In this document: positions 12,181 to 27,097 of the stretch, in pieces
Layout of the letters: every line of letters starts with the position of its first letter
Position numbering within the stretch: the first letter of the stretch is position 1
From: Octopus sinensis
Lineage: Eukaryota
Direction: 5' to 3'
DNA length: 64,000 bases
Assembly: GCF_006345805.1 (NCBI RefSeq)
Contig: NC_042999.1
Span: 104,098,001 to 104,162,000, forward strand
Position numbers and translations under genes: made by a program
Notes under the pieces: model-generated
What the model was told of the DNA's origin: nothing
Seen by the model: the letters and a program-made list of their open reading frames with translations, nothing else
Databases searched by the model: none

Positions 12181-13480
12181 GAACACCACACCCACACACC
12201 CACACACATACACACACATAAATATACAAACCACAAAAAGTCACAAGGTATGAGAAGTGAATATATTTATTTCAGTACTTGTTATCCTTAGGATTACAGC
12301 TGTTTCATGGTCTTCAAGGTAATAATAATTTTAGTATATAATGAATTATGTTTACATATGTATACTTATATTCATGTTATGCATTATACAATATAATTAT
12401 ATAATGCAGAGCATGCAAGTTAGTACAGACATGTAAAAATAATTTATTATACACTGAAATTATTATTATATGAAGAAGAATGCAAAACAGCCATAATACT
12501 GAAGATGACAAGTGGTTAAATAAATATATTCAATTCCGACATTTTATGGCTTATATACATCTCATGAAATAATTTCATCGATTGGATCTCCTGGATTTTA
12601 GCTGCATGGAACTCTGCATTATACACCCTTGTAGTGGCTTACTATGTGGTCTGTTAGCCAAGTCCCCGAGAGGAGCTTTCTGTGATAGCCCCATGATTCT
12701 ATGAATCCATATATTACACCACAAATTTATGCACACACATATACATGCATACACATGCACATACATACATACGTATGTATGTATGTATGTATGTATGTAT
12801 GTATGTATGCATGCATGTATGTATGTATGTATATGCATGTGTGTATGTGTACACTGCCTTTCTCAGTCATTAACTTATACTCAACTTAAATACCATTCTA
12901 TGTCTGGAGGCTGGAGCAAAATATAAATAGATAAATAAGTAGATAAATACATAAAATGAAAGTATAAAAAAATAGAGGGAAGTTGGAATGATAATTGCAG
13001 TGACAATGTCTTGAGAAATTATCTTTAATTGACTGCAGTTTTCTTTTATATTTTCCATTTACTGTTGTTCCCTTCTTTACAGAGTTAGTTTTTATGTGTG
13101 TTTCATTTGTAGTTTTTGGATAACATGAGTGAGCAGACCTGAAAGTAGTCAGTTGAGTATATACATTTGTTACTAACTGTAGGTACATGACCTCTGGGTA
13201 GGTTAGTGAAGTAGATTCTGGTCTACTGTAAATACTGTGACCTGGTCACCAACACAATTCCACTGCATCACATGTAGCACAGTTTTGTGTCTGAGACCAA
13301 ATTAGAGAAGTGTGATGACATTTATGACATAGTAAGAAATAGATGAAAATTGAATATCTCGGGCTTTTTCTGTATTGTATTTTTTAGTTTTTGTCTGAGT
13401 TTGAATGGCTCAAATGACTTTGATAATACATGTCCCTAACTAATAGAATTCTAAAGTCACACATGAATATGCTCACTCAC

Positions 13481-13570
13481 ACACACACTCATTTGCATAC
13501 ACAAACACTCACACACACTCATTTGCATACACAAACACACACACACTCATTTGCATACACAAACACTCAT
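13481..13570. repeat. Minisatellite, ~30-bp unit x3
   Basis: acacactcatttgcatacacaaacactc is repeated three times. Confidence 0.85.
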
Positions 13571-13669
13571 TCACACATACACACATACTAAATCTGCAGA
13601 GATTGTCAATATGAACCCATCATTAATCTTGATAACATATTTAGTCTATTAGTTTTTCCATCTCTTAAT

Positions 13670-14250
13670 AAGGTCCTTGCCAGCTAAACATCAATCCTTT
13701 ATGTAGTGCCATGGAGACAATCTCCTTCTCAGAGACCTCTGTAACTCACCTCTCTCCATCCGCCCCTTTATAGCTAAATCTCTCCTCATATGGAGATACA
13801 TGATCTCTCAGTAGAAGTGAAGCTGATTCACTTAGGAAGATGGTCACTCAGAAGGCACCCATTAGTATACTATAATGGTCCTACCTGGTCACACAGAGGA
13901 AATGCAAATGTTGCAAGCCCCAAGAAAGCAACCCATCAAGGAGAGTAAAGACTCTGAATGAAAATTTGTTACTGGGTAAAGGGGACTCTTCAAACGAGTC
14001 TTAGATAACCTCTCTAGTACTAATGGTTGAGTAAAATGCAAGCAGGCCATAACGTAAAGTGATAGTGACAGAAAGGCCATCCATCCATAAACAACATGCC
14101 AAAAAGATGTAGAATCACAATGAGTTGCAAGATTGCTGTGAAATCCATCCAGGCCATGTCAATATAATTAGAGTTACTTCTGCCATTTACTTGCACTTCC
14201 TTTAACTTGTTCACTCTGACATTGAGAGAGTGCTGGGTAGCAGCAGAAAT
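13670..14250 (-). mobile_element. Degenerate L1/Tx1-like LINE RT fragment
   Basis: Broken frames give VQVNG..., LSLSLYVMA...QPLVLERL (cf. LSPLLYVLALEPLL) and RRDLAIKGRMER (cf. RxLSLxGR). There are many stops and frameshifts. Confidence 0.45.
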
Positions 14251-14285
14251 CTCTTGAGGACAAACACACAAAACAATAATTTAGT

Positions 14286-14515
14286 TTAACCCTTTCGTTA
14301 CTGTATTTATTTTGAGATGCTCTGTGTTTCTTTCTATTACTTTAAATATAGCAAAGAATTTAGTAAAATAACTTAGTTATCATTCAACTAGTGTCAGGAA
14401 CATAAATTGTGATGAAAGGTTTGGTGGAAGATTTTAATTAAAAACTTATGAAAACAAGACATTTGTATTACAGAGCCAGAGCTAGTTTCAGCCAGGTTGG
14501 TAATAAAAGGGTTAA
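14286..14515. mobile_element. TTAA-flanked MITE, piggyBac-like (family P1)
   Basis: TTAA-CCCTTT...AAAGGG-TTAA ends. Related copies are at 27098-27321 and ~59270-59447. Confidence 0.75.
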
Positions 14516-16149
14516 ATCATAAAAAAATTAAATATATTTACGTACTGTGAAAACAGGCGAACCCTAACAGTTCCTGCAGGACCCTCTTATAGAGAAGTGA
14601 TGAGATGTTCTTATTTCTTCTCATTTATTTTCCAAAGACAGGTCCAGCTCCAAATGTTATAATTCATTTCTAACTATGAGACTTAAACTTATTCTCTTTT
14701 TCTAATTTCATATGTAATGTAAACCACTCTTATTTTTTTTTCCTCAGTTATCTGAAGGTGTTTGGCTTTAGGGTACCTGGGCTTACAATAGTATAATTGT
14801 GAGTTTGATACTTGGCGCATATTGTGTCCTTGAGCAAGAAACTTTATTTCACATTGTTCCAGTCCACTCAGCTGGCAAAAGTGAGTAGTACCTGTATTTC
14901 AAAGGGCCAGCCTTGTCACATTCTGTATCATGCTAAATTGCCCCAAGAACTATGTTATAGGTACATGTGTCTGTGGAGTGCTCATCCACATGCATGTTAA
15001 TCACACAAGTAGGTTGTTCTGTTGATTGGATTAACTGGAACCCTTGTGGTCATAACTGACAGAGAACCAGTTAACCCAATGATCAATAAGACACTAGAGT
15101 TAATTATTATATGGGGCAACAAAAGAGCCTCTATGTGATGGTTGCTTGACCTGCTAGAAATAGCTGCTGTACACAACCTACATCACACACTACTGGCTTA
15201 AAAATGTAGTTGCACTTGAGTTAATGTTCTCTTAGGTGTATTATGCCTCAGAGTGGGATGATAATGACTGGAATTACCTTTCAGACCATACATCTGTTGA
15301 ATCAGGGCAACATCAATGACTGGTATTTCTTTGATAATGTAATAGTTTACCAGTATGACTAGAATGGTACTGGTTTTCATCAACTAAAGTACTAACAGTG
15401 TCATGTTGAAAGACTAAATTATTATAGAGAATTACTTATTAAATCTACTTAACAAGAAAATTAGGCTAGATCGGCAGGATTGAGACTAATTCATATTGGA
15501 ATTTTCTGAAATTTCTGCGTGTTTAATGGAGACTTTCTATGTTGTGTGTAGTCATGGCAGCATGGTTAGGTATTTAACCTTGCAATTATTTGGTTCTAGG
15601 TTAGGTTCTAATGCACTGAATCTCGAAGGAAGTGTTTTCTACCTTAGCCTTGGTAAGTTAATGAGAAAACCTTTATATTGTTGCTCAGTCTGCCAGGTAT
15701 AGCAAGCAAGTCTCCTTCAAATCACATCCTATCAATTTAAAAATAAACCAAAAATACATTGAAAAATATAATCCCTGATGCACGATGCCTTAGAAAAATG
15801 ACAAAGTTGTCGTGGTTGGAATGCTTTTACTCATAAGTTTGAGAGAGGGGATGTTAAACAACGACTACCCTAACTTTGGCTTGATCCAAACTTTATGAGT
15901 GATATAGGGTTGATGGAAACTATGTGAATGCCTGTCAGATTGATAATGTTTGCTTGTGGATGGGAGACTTAATCTTATCTACCTACTCTTCCTTCTATTT
16001 TTTCTCTCTCTTTATTTGTTTGGTAGTTTGTATAAGGACTTGTTCATGATTGCAGGTATATAAAGGTGTACTACATACAGAATCACAACTTGAAATGGAA
16101 GTGTTAAGGCACTTAACAATATAAAGGTTCCCCTGGTGAAGAGGATTGG

Positions 16150-16415
16150 CCTGCAAAAATCCTGTGCCAGTGCCACATAGAAAACACTTGTGCTGATACC
16201 ACGTAACAGCACTTGTGCCAGGGCCACATTATAAGCATGCAGCACATATTCTAAAGTGGTTGGCATCAAGAATGGTATCCTGCTGTAGAAACCAAGACAA
16301 ATCAGACTGGAACCTGGTGCAACTCTCCAGCTTGCCAGTTCTGGTCAAACCGTCCAACCCATACCAGCATGGAGAATAGACGTTAAAAGATGATAATGGT
16401 GATGATGATGATGGT
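16150..16415 (+). mobile_element. RTE LINE 3' UTR fragment ending in (GAT)n
   Basis: gtggttggcatc...ctgtagaaac...ccgtccaacccat...gcatgga...gacgttaaa, then (gat)n. This is the same UTR that follows the RTE ORF2 remnant at 41776-42215. Confidence 0.7.
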
Positions 16416-19333
16416 GATGAAGCATTAGTGAATTAGAAATCTATACTAGTAATCCCAACACTGGAAATATAATTATCTCTAATTTACGCAAAACAATTTT
16501 GATGATGCCATCAACTTCAGTACTTAACTGATACTTTGTTTTAACAGTCCCCTGAAGATAAGGAAAATTTGACTTTGGTTGCAATTGAAACCCAGAATTT
16601 AAAGATCTGGAAGAAACATCATAAAGCATTTTGTCCAATGTTCTAACAATTCTACCAAGACACAACCCTCTACACAAAGATAATAATAATTCCAAATATA
16701 GGCACAAGCCCTCAAATTTGGCAGCAGTAGGGTTAGTCAAGGAAAGGATCCCCACCACCTCAGTACTTGACTGATACTTTTTTCTATTGAACCAGATGCA
16801 TGAAAGATAAAATTCTTCTTCTTTTGAAGATAATAAAGCAAATCACACATGTACATGTGATTTGGGGAAAAAAATCTAATAATTGACTCTGTCACTCTGT
16901 CAGTGGGATAAATATTGGTTTCTTGCTTGGCATCGAGGTTCATATAATAGAAGCAATATCGTTCTTTGGTACAGTCTTTAGATATATTAAATCAATTTCC
17001 AGTATATTACAGTATTTCAAATCCCTGCAAGATCAATTTAACATTTCATCTTTTGAGTGTTGATAAAATAAAAATAACCCCAGTCAAATGTTGGTATCAA
17101 TTAAATATTTTTACAAAGAAGCTGAAATGTGAATAGAATTATAACAGGAGATTAACACTAACATCAAAAGAATGAAGTACAAAGTTGGTATTAATGGAAT
17201 TTGAGCACAGAATGTAAAAGAATATTGCTTTCTACTATAGGCACATGACCTGAAATTTTGGGGGAAGGGGTCTAGTCATTCATTTTGACCTTAGTTCTCA
17301 ACTGGTACTTACTTTATGGACTACAAAAGAATGAAAGGCAAAGTTGAGTTCAGCAGAATTTGAACTCACAATGTAAACCAGAAGAATTGCCACTAAGCAA
17401 TTTTATCTGGCATGTTAACAATTCTCCTAGCTTATAGACGAATATTGATTTCACATTTTGGCACAAGGCCAGCAATTTTATCAGCCCTGAAAGGATGAAA
17501 GGCTAAGTCAACCTTGGTGGAATTTTAACTCAAAATGGTTCTGCCAGCTCGCCACCATAGCTTATTATCAAAGAATATTATAAATATTCACTTATGGCAA
17601 AGTTATCTTTTTTTCCCTCTTAACCTCTTCTGTTATTAATTAGAAATTGAATTACTTCATGCATGTGAATGTTTGTGTGTAAGTGTTTGTATGTGAGTAT
17701 GTTTCACTACTTATATCTAGATGTATGGATATAAGTGTGTATATCCCTGTACATAAGTGGAAGACAGTAAATGTTATTCTATCTACTGGTATGTAATAAC
17801 AGTTATCTATTCAATTGGTGTACTTCTCCAGCAATCTTACTCACTTTTGTAAAGGCAGAGGAGAAAATTGTTCAACATCTTACATTTGTTATTTGTTGGC
17901 TATCATCAGCTTGTCTGTAATCATATTTGTTTATCAGTAGAGTAGGACATCTTAGATAGGCTGCTTCCTTCTTGGTGAATTAACCAATTAAGATTTTTCT
18001 TAGAGCTCAAAGACCAGATTCTGATCTTTAAAACAGGCTGACCTTTATCAGTGTTTAACAGAACAGATGAATTCAACAACAGGTTGTTACTATCACCACC
18101 ATCATCATCATTAATTTTTTTCCTTCTATCTTAATTGGAATATAAGTGAGGTTGACTGCCAAAGCAAGATACTTAATAACCAAATAACCATACTCACTCA
18201 TCTCAAGGAAGTAGACGTTCCCTCATTGTGCATTCAAAGACAGTATGGTGTTAGCATTCAGGCACCGACCCATAAAAATGCCATTAAAGTTATTGAGATT
18301 GGATGTCTAACTTGAAGCAAAGAGATAATATAATAACTGGAAGTATTCTAATTAAGATTATTCCGTTGTTATAAGTAAAACAGTGTGACTGTAATTATCA
18401 TCAAATGCATCAAGAGAGTTAAAGTAGGATATCTTCATGTTGGAAATGTTGAAGGGATGAGATGGGTTGAAGGTTACCATTCTTTAAACCAAAAATATTC
18501 CCTAAGTCATATGTATCCAGATTTTAGAACAGGTAACCTATATTTGCTGCATGTTGTAAGAGGCAACTAAAAGGCTTGACATCAGGAAGGGTCTCTGGCC
18601 ACAAAATACTGCTCCAAAAAGAATACTCTGGCATTAATTAGAAGACTAACAAGGGGTTCATAAGACTTTAGATGTTTGCTGCTGCTGTCTTAAATAACTT
18701 AGGATTTCAACATTTCGACATCAATAAGAACCAATTTACAAGCATTGGAGTTGATATAATAGACTAGTAGACAGAGATATAGCATGGCCACAGTATATTA
18801 ACTAGCACCAGTGAAACTTTAGAAGAATAAAATACACACTTGAGTTTACATTTACATACAGTTTTGATTGGCATTTCTGGCCAATCCTTGCTCAGATTTC
18901 CCTGTCCCCAAATGCTAATACAAAGTAATTAAAAATAAACATATTAAAACATTAACTGTACTAAACTCACCCAGATATGTTTATATCTTATATAATAGCA
19001 GCAACTAAAAGGGCTATAGATATTGCTCCTTCTATAGACGTTGCTCCTTCTATAGATACTAATATAGATTTATAAAACAAATACATAACTGCAAATTTAT
19101 GAAAACAGTACAGTTACTTGAATCAGCTCCAAAGATTGCACTGATCTTCACCAAACTCTCCAGTAAGCTATCCAAATCTTTTTGTAGCTTATTTGAGCTG
19201 TCTATGCCCATGCTTCAATTTGTAACTCAAGAAAAACATGTTTCTGAAGGTAATAAGTCTAGTCAAACATGTGACCTGGGAAAAAAATCCGGTAAATTAG
19301 GGGTGGAGATATATATATATATATATATGTATA

Positions 19334-19371
<38 letters not shown>

Positions 19372-20670
19372 CACTTGGAAACTTCTATATCATAATATTA
19401 GTTGCCAGTAGTAACAACCAACTCTTCTTGAAATCATGCCTTAATGTTAATTAAAACACAAACAAAATATAAACGGAAAAAAAAAAGAAAGGATGGATTG
19501 GATCATCTATTACATTTCTTGGTTGTTGTGGTTGTTTTAAGGTTTCTGAAACTCTGAAGGCATTCATTAATGAGTTTGGTTTGTGGAGAAAGAATCATGT
19601 GTTTGATCCCCACAGTGTCTAGTCTTCAACATTCATAGCACAGCTGTGTTGAAATGATGGAAAACATGTATGATTGCAGAGAGATCACCAATATTTGTTG
19701 TTGTAGTGCACCTTGACACTTTCTCTCAGTACATGAGGCTGAGGACATGGCTATCAATGGGATTTGAATCCATAGTTGGAATTTGATCCTAGAATACAAA
19801 GAGTTGGAGTAGAAACTACCAGACATTTCCTCTGATGCTCAGACAATTCTGCCAATCCACTACTTCAGACTGCTACTTAATTTATCAATATTGGAAAAGT
19901 GAAAGGTAGAGTTTATTTTTACAGGATTTAAACTCAGAGAGCAAAGGTTAGGAACCAAAAATTATCAGGCTTTCTATCCAATGGCTTTCTGTAATTGCTT
20001 TGCTAATTTGCCATTTTACTTTATTTACATTGGGCAATATAGTCCAAATTACATTACCGTTGAGAGCAAAAGGTACAAACTGGTCATAGCTGGAATACCT
20101 TTGGTCATAAATTTGCTGAACAAAATGGGTCTGGCAGTAAATAACACCAACATATATACAAAAGTAACTTCATTTATTCCATTAATGACCCAGCAGAAAT
20201 GCATGGATAGTAAAGATTTAATATGTAATTTCTGTAAAAATGAAGTCTTGTGCACAACTAGAAAAAAAAAATCTAACATGTTTTACATACAAAGATGTAA
20301 TTACTGATTAAGATACAGAAAATTGAAGCTGAACAAATCTTTAATTATTTCAATTATTCTGCCAGCTTGCTGCCTTACTACTACTACAACTACAACTATT
20401 ACATGTAGTAGTAGTTTCTTTATTGGGATCAAGGGCCACAAAAATATCTAGGGTAACACAAAACAAAGAACAGTGGGGATTTACATACACATGTGTAAAC
20501 AATAAAACAATAACAATATGCAAAAAATCTTAAATAAAATTTGCGGTAGTGAGGAATTGCCATCCACAGGCAACCAAGGAACTTCACAGATCTTGAGCCA
20601 TGCTACTCATCATGGGTTGCATGGCAAGTATTCTTCTCTCCTCTATATTCTTCACCCTACAGGCATCAGT

Positions 20671-20882
20671 TTAACCCTTTAGCGTTCAAATTATTCTGTC
20701 AAATGCAATGCTTATTTATTCACCTTGTTTTGAATTAATCATGCATTATCTCATAGCTTTGAGACTTTTATGATATGGTTATTTTTAGAATGACATTGTA
20801 TGGTAGGTGTGAGAAGCTGGATCTGGCCAACAGGTAGGATATTTTTTTCTGGATATAGCTGGTTTAAATGCTAACGGGTTAA
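20671..20882. mobile_element. TTAA-flanked MITE, piggyBac-like (family P2)
   Basis: TTAA-CCCTTTAGC...GCTAACGGG-TTAA ends. Copies are at 26587-26803, ~53025-53222 and 56597-56825. Confidence 0.75.
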
Positions 20883-21077
20883 AGTAGGATCAGTCACTCT
20901 GGGCATCTTCAACACATTCACTCACCTTTCAGGTAATTTGCTGTGGAGTAGCAGCACATTCTTCTCACCTCTCGCCTTCTTTTTCAAATGGAATTTAAAA
21001 ATGTCGATGAGGCTTTAGTCAAAGAATAAATTGCCTGTCTTTAGATTTTTCAGTCTCATCCTCTGCATAACCAGACA

Positions 21078-21475
21078 GGGATGTGGCTGTGTGGTAAGAA
21101 AATTGCTTCCCGACCACATGGTTCCCAGTTCAGTCCCACTGGTGGCATTTTGGGCGAGTGTTTTCTACTATCGCCTCAACCTTGTAAGTGGATTTGGTAG
21201 ATGGAAACTGCAAGAAGCCCATCATATCCATATATGTATATATTTACGTGTGTGTGTGTGTCTTTGTGTCTGTGTTTGTCCCCACCACCATCGCTAGACA
21301 ACCAATGTTGGCATGTTTCCATCCCCGTAACTTAGCAGTTCGGTTAAAAATTCTGATAGAATAAGTACTAAGCATACAAAGAATAAGTCATGGGGTCGAT
21401 TAGTTTGACCCAAACCCTTTAAGGTGGTGCTCCAGCTTGGCTGCAGTCAAATGTCTGAGACAAGTAAAAGAATAA
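21078..21475 (+). mobile_element. Near-complete SINE family S3
   Basis: tRNA-like head (ggctgtgtggtaag...gttcagtccca), central TA/TG tract, and 3' cagcttggctgcagtcaaatg...gtaaaagaataaaga. Confidence 0.8.
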
Positions 21476-21509
21476 AGAGGAAAACTGTCTGCCCTTCCTG
21501 ACCAAAGGA

Positions 21510-21541
<32 letters not shown>

Positions 21542-21639
21542 ATCTTTCTTACTAAAGAAAAAATGTGTCAACAAGGTCAGATATGGTGAGTTTGAACAAA
21601 TATCATTGTCTTTACAGCAAGTGGATATGATTGGGTTCC

Positions 21640-22000
21640 TGACTCAGTATAGAGAGTGAGAAAGAGAGCAAAGCAAATCGGATGAGTAAGTGAGAGAGAG
21701 TGAGAGAGAAAGAAGAGAGAGAGAAAGAGAGAGAGAGAATAACAGATAGAGAAAACAAGACAGAGGTGAAGCCATGAAGAGAGAGATAGAAAGAGAGTGT
21801 AAGGTGTAGGAGCATAGAGAAATAGAAAGAAAGAGTGAAGGGGAGGTACGGAGAGTTAGTGACAAAAGAGAGAGGTAGTGCTTATAGAAATGAAGGGAAA
21901 AAAGAAAGAGTAAGGCACGGAGAGGATGAAAGAAAAAGAGAGAGATGGTAACAAGCAGAGATATATTGATAGAGAGGTGAGGGTAGAGTGAAAGAGTATC
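21640..22000. repeat. GA-rich polypurine tract (plus strand)
   Basis: Degenerate (GA)n/(GAAA)n low-complexity sequence. Confidence 0.8.
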
Positions 22001-22317
22001 TTAAGGCTCATATTACCATACTGATGACAACTGCTGATCTGATGACTATCTTAAACCAGCTGATTGTCTCTTAAAGATAAAAAATCTCATGTATTACTGC
22101 TGTTTGATATTTCTATAAAGCATAGAATTATAAGTGGAGGCTACAATTAAAGCAATCTTCATGCTAAGAAGATCTATTGAGCATATATATATATATATAA
22201 TAATAATAAAATAATATATAAATATAATAATAATAAAATAATATATAAATATATGCATATATACATACATATATGTACATACCTACATCTATATGTATAT
22301 ATACATGCATATATGGG

Positions 22318-22387
<70 letters not shown>

Positions 22388-23479
22388 GAAACACTGCCAG
22401 ATCAGACTGGGCCTAAAGCAGCCTTCTGGCTTCACAGACCTCAGTTGAACCGTTCAACCCATGCTAGCATGGAAAGCGGACATTAAATGATGATGATGAA
22501 GATGATATATATATCATATGGTGGAGGCACATGGCCTAGTGGTTAGAGTAGCAGACTTGCGGTAGTGGGATTGTGGATTTGAATCTCAGACTGGCCGATG
22601 TGTGTGTTTATGAGTGAAACACCTAAGCTGCACGCTGCTCTGGCAGAAGGTAATGGCGAATCTCTGCTGACTCTTTTGGCCCAACTTTCTCTCATTCTTT
22701 CCTCCTATATCTAGTAGCTCACCTGCAATGGACCAGCGTCCTGTCCAGGTGGGGAATCTATACGCCAATGAAACCAGGAAACTAGCCCTTATGAGCCAGG
22801 TATGGCTCAAGAAGGAACAAACAAAATAATATATATTACATGAATCCAGATCTAGAGAAGTTTTTAATATATTCTTTGAGTACAACAAACCCAAAACATA
22901 ATCCATTCTCTCTCTCTTTCTCTCTCCCTGTCTGTTTGTCTGTCTGTCTCTGACTGTCTGTCTGTCTCTGTATTTCCTCTTCCTCCCCATCTCCTCCTCC
23001 TCCTCTGTGAAAATTGTAGGCAGACGCGAGTATCTTCATATATAGAAGATATTCCAATGTTGAAAGACAGTGACAGACATACTTTGCAGGCATTGAAATA
23101 AAAGATGTCTTTCCTGTAAGTCATAATTAATAATATATTGATCTTGTTTTGTTTTGCTATCAGAATAAGATAAAAAGAATATATAGATTTGCTACTTAAG
23201 AATGAAGACTTGGTATTGGAAATCATAAAAATATGGCAATCAAAGATAACAATTGCTCTTGTCATTACAGTGATGAATATGAAATGCCAAACAAAATACA
23301 TGAACACACAGACACACACACAAATACACACACACATACAAAGTTTCTCCTTGTGTGTGTGTGTGTGTCTTCTTGCAATGAGTTGGAGGAAGTCTGGGGA
23401 GCTATTACTGCTATTAGCAACAAAGGTGTTCTTCAGTGTGAGGGGCAGATTGTATAACGCTTGCATCAGAACTGCAATG

Positions 23480-23830
23480 CCGCATGATAGTGAAACATGA
23501 GTCTTGGATGCAGAGAACTTGAGAAGACTGGAAAAACAATGCAGTGAGCATATTCTATTGGGTGTGCAATACAAGTGTGTATGGATGTAATCACACATAT
23601 GTCCTGAGGGAAAAATTGGGGATAAGAAGAATCAGTTGTAATGTGCAAGAAGGAAGACTGCACTGGATACATGATGCATTTGAATGAGAACAGCTGTATG
23701 AAGAAGCGATGGTTAATAAAAGTCAATGAAATTTGTAGAAGAAGAAGGCCTAGGAAGATTTGGGATGGAGTGTCAAAGGCTGATCTCACATCCCCGAACC
23801 TCATGTGGAAGACGACAAGGTACCTGGATG
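23480..23830 (+). mobile_element. Degenerate RTE ORF2 C-terminal fragment
   Basis: Translates to ...MHLNENSCMKKRWLIKVNEICRRRRPRKIWD, homologous to the 6695-6960 remnant. Confidence 0.65.
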
Positions 23831-23892
23831 ATTGACAATATTTGGTTTTCAAGAAGACCCTATCAATTCAGTGAAACAAAGCTCTGGAAGTG

Positions 23893-23956
<64 letters not shown>

Positions 23957-24289
23957 GCACAACTAGTCTCTTCACTCTATTTCGTCCTTAAGACACCCCC
24001 ACTGTCCGTCATCTCTAACTGCAGCTTTTCTTTGATACAACTAAATTTTTTCATTGCCTGAAACCATTTTACTTGATATTCATTCTTCATCTTTATTCTG
24101 TTCTCTCCACCCTTGTTTTACATTGATCATCTCCACTGAGTCATCAAATTATCTCTCCTTCTCCATTATCATACGTCTCTCACTCTCCCTATACACTACA
24201 CATGCTCCTCTCCCCAACACACTCTAGCAGCCTACCCAAACACATGTCATCTTTGAAGGAAAAGATTTTTTGCTGCCAGAAACAGAATT

Positions 24290-25130
24290 ATTTCTCTGAA
24301 CAATTCCAACATGTTCTTACTCTGGCTAGAAAATTAATTGAATAACTACCTCCCCTGCTAAATATCATCTAGGCTGCAGAAAATATTAACTAAATCTAGT
24401 GTATTAGCCAGGCATTTAGGAAAGTCTTCTTTTGGTGTGCACTTTGTGCATACTGCTCCAATGTATCTGCCACATACAAAATTTTTTTTGCTAATAGCCT
24501 GCTTGTGATTCCACTATACTTGGTGTGTGTCCATAGCTCATATTGAGTGCAGCACATGAAATTCCTATGTATTCCTTTTCTGCATATTGAGCAGGGCCAT
24601 TTACCTGATGATACTGAGGTCTCATCTTCTTTTCTACTTACTAATGGCTTAGTCTTTGCAAAGTTTACTTAGAAGCTTCTTGATTCTAGGTTTTGCTTCA
24701 AAGCCTGAAATTTCAGCTATAGATCAGTTATAAGAACCAGGCCATTAGCATCTACAAGTTTCCACAATCAGCTTGCCTTAAACTCTTCTGTGATGGGGCT
24801 ATGATGACTAGGAAAGGGCTGAGGATTGAGCCTTGATGTATTCCAACCTTCATACTGAATTCTTCCAATCACCTCCATATGACTCCTACTTGCATGCTAA
24901 ATTCTTTCATCCACCCATTTTGGGCCTTCTGATGTCATTGTATACTCTACTATTTCTCTCCTCATCACCTGAGAAAATGTACACATTCTAGCTTATTGAT
25001 TACTCTCTAATTAACAGACATTGCTTCCTACCTTTCAGTCACCCATTTCCAGCTTTTCTGCTGTAATTCTTCTCCTCATTCTACATGTCTTAAATTTCTG
25101 AGTACTTTCTACATTTATTCTGTACAAGGT
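24290..25130 (-). mobile_element. Degenerate RTE reverse transcriptase fragment
   Basis: Minus strand gives VGIHQGSILSPFLVII (cf. GVHQGSVLSPLLFII), followed by broken frames resembling the YADD region and a downstream Cys-rich segment. Confidence 0.6.
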
Positions 25131-26586
25131 ATCCCCCACCTGTGCTGATGCCTACTGCAGTGATTGGTGAGTGATATATCCTCTCAAGTGCTGGTGCCAT
25201 GAAAAATGCATCCAATACCCACTTAAACAAGTGGTTGGCTAATGAACAGAAAAAGCATAGGACTGTGAGGTATTTTCAGTTCTGTCTTGCTGAAGACTAG
25301 TCAACCTCTTTAGTGTTGGTGCTATGAAAAAATGCATCCAATAGACTCTATAAAGTAACTGGTGATAGAAAAGGCATCCAACCATAGAAATCATGCCAAA
25401 GAACATGTAGTAGCTACAATCTATGAGAACTGTGATTTCCAATATGAAATAACTCATATAATGATAACTCATCCAAACTATGCTAGTATGGAAAGTGGAT
25501 GTAAAATGATGATGATGATCCTGATGATGTGTGTTTGTGTTTGTATTTTTGTATTCACACACGTGTTTCTGTGAATGTGTGTCTGTGTATTTGTTCACAT
25601 TTGTACTTCTCTGAAAATCACTGAGATACAAGCAGTGATATCATCTACCAACAAATCATCTATTCGCTTTGTACCTTCAAAGATGTAGGGGTTAGAGAGA
25701 GCAAGGTGTCTGGCTGTAAAGCATTGCCTCAATCCTATATTTGTCTAACCTGTGCTAGCATAGAAAATGGATATAAAAATGAATGAATGAAGTGTAATAT
25801 TGCCTTTGATGTTTTGGGGTATTACTGCTCAGAAGTAAAATGATTGGGTAATGTTGTTCAGTGCTAGGTCAGCCCAAACCAAACAGATTTAAGATCAAAG
25901 GCAGCACAGATGTAATCATTTCATTTCATGCATATCCAGTGCTATGGTGTCCAATGTTCCTTCAGTTCAAGATACAGGATGTAATCAAAGTGAAATTTGA
26001 CTGCTTTTTTTGGCAGGTTAGGTGCTACCTGCAGTTAATTTGCTTGGAGTCAGGTTTCTCAGCAATGGATTTAGGGTTGGCATGATTGAGCAGCTATCTT
26101 TGGAGCATGGTAGAAGTTATATGATGTTTTGTGGAAGTGTAAGCTGATCATATTGGAATAAAATAAAAACTGTGAATGAGAGGACAGATGCTTGTGGGAC
26201 ATGATTTGAAAAATTGTAAATTATAGATGAGTTATTATATAATAGATATTTAACAACACATCTTGGTTGACCTGAAAGACAGTTTACTAGCGAGCATTTG
26301 TGTTGCTGATTAAAAAGGTTTTGAGTGTTTTATTTGTGGAGAAAAACAGGTAAGAAGTGGTGACAGGAAAAGCATTTGGCCATAAAAATTCTACCTCAAT
26401 TACCTACCATCTAAGCCATGGAGGGAAAATAAGTAAAAAACAGATGTTAAACTGTATAAACGAACAAAGGAACATGGGATGGAGTTGAAAGAATTTTGAT
26501 GTTAATTTGGCTGGTGCGTGATTCTGAAGCTATAACATACCTTATGTATATCGTTTGTGAATGGTGTGCTAGTTGTGGGTTATCAT

Positions 26587-26803
26587 TTAACCATTTAGCA
26601 TTTAAGCTGACCATATCTGGCCAAAATATGTTCAAACTGGCTAGATTTGGCCTCTCACACTTACCTTATAATATTATTCGAAAAATACAAGACAATCAAG
26701 TTACTGAAATCTCAGAGCTACAAGGTGATGCATGACTAATTCAGAACAATGTGAATAAAGAAGCATTACATTTGACAGAGAAATCCAAATGCTAAAAGGT
26801 TAA
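26587..26803. mobile_element. TTAA MITE family P2, opposite orientation to 20671
   Basis: TTAA-CCATTTAGC...GCTAAAAGG-TTAA ends, with interior homologous to 20671-20882. Confidence 0.7.
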
Positions 26804-27097
26804 ATCTTGTTGTGAATGGGAAAAAGAATATGTAGGTTTGTGATGTCAAAGAAGAGTCTTTCTAGAAGTTTTGACATTGTGGATAGACTGGTGATAGGTT
26901 TCAGTGTTATTGCTCTAGTTGGGTCTCATTAGATTTTAGAATTGTCAAAAATTTGTTCAATTTTGGTGACTTGGCATTGTAGCGATGAGTAAATGAAAAA
27001 TATTATAAGGTACTGGTAGTGACAGGAAGGGCATATGGACCACATAAAATCTGCTTCAACAAATTCTGTCTGACCCAAGCAACCATGGAAAAGTGGA

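Noticed and set aside
15277-15382. Minus-strand 106-nt segment with good AG/GT signals (similar cases near 16480-16552, 29984-30038 and 51834-51881)
   Set aside because: Lengths shift the frame or the segments contain stops relative to the phase-0 exons. Such matches are expected by chance in AT-rich introns.
19110-19260. Minus-strand GIDSSNKLQKDLDSLLESLVKISAIFGADS as a host exon
   Set aside because: There is an in-frame TGA between the plausible acceptor and this peptide. LQxDLDxL also fits an old CR1 RT remnant.
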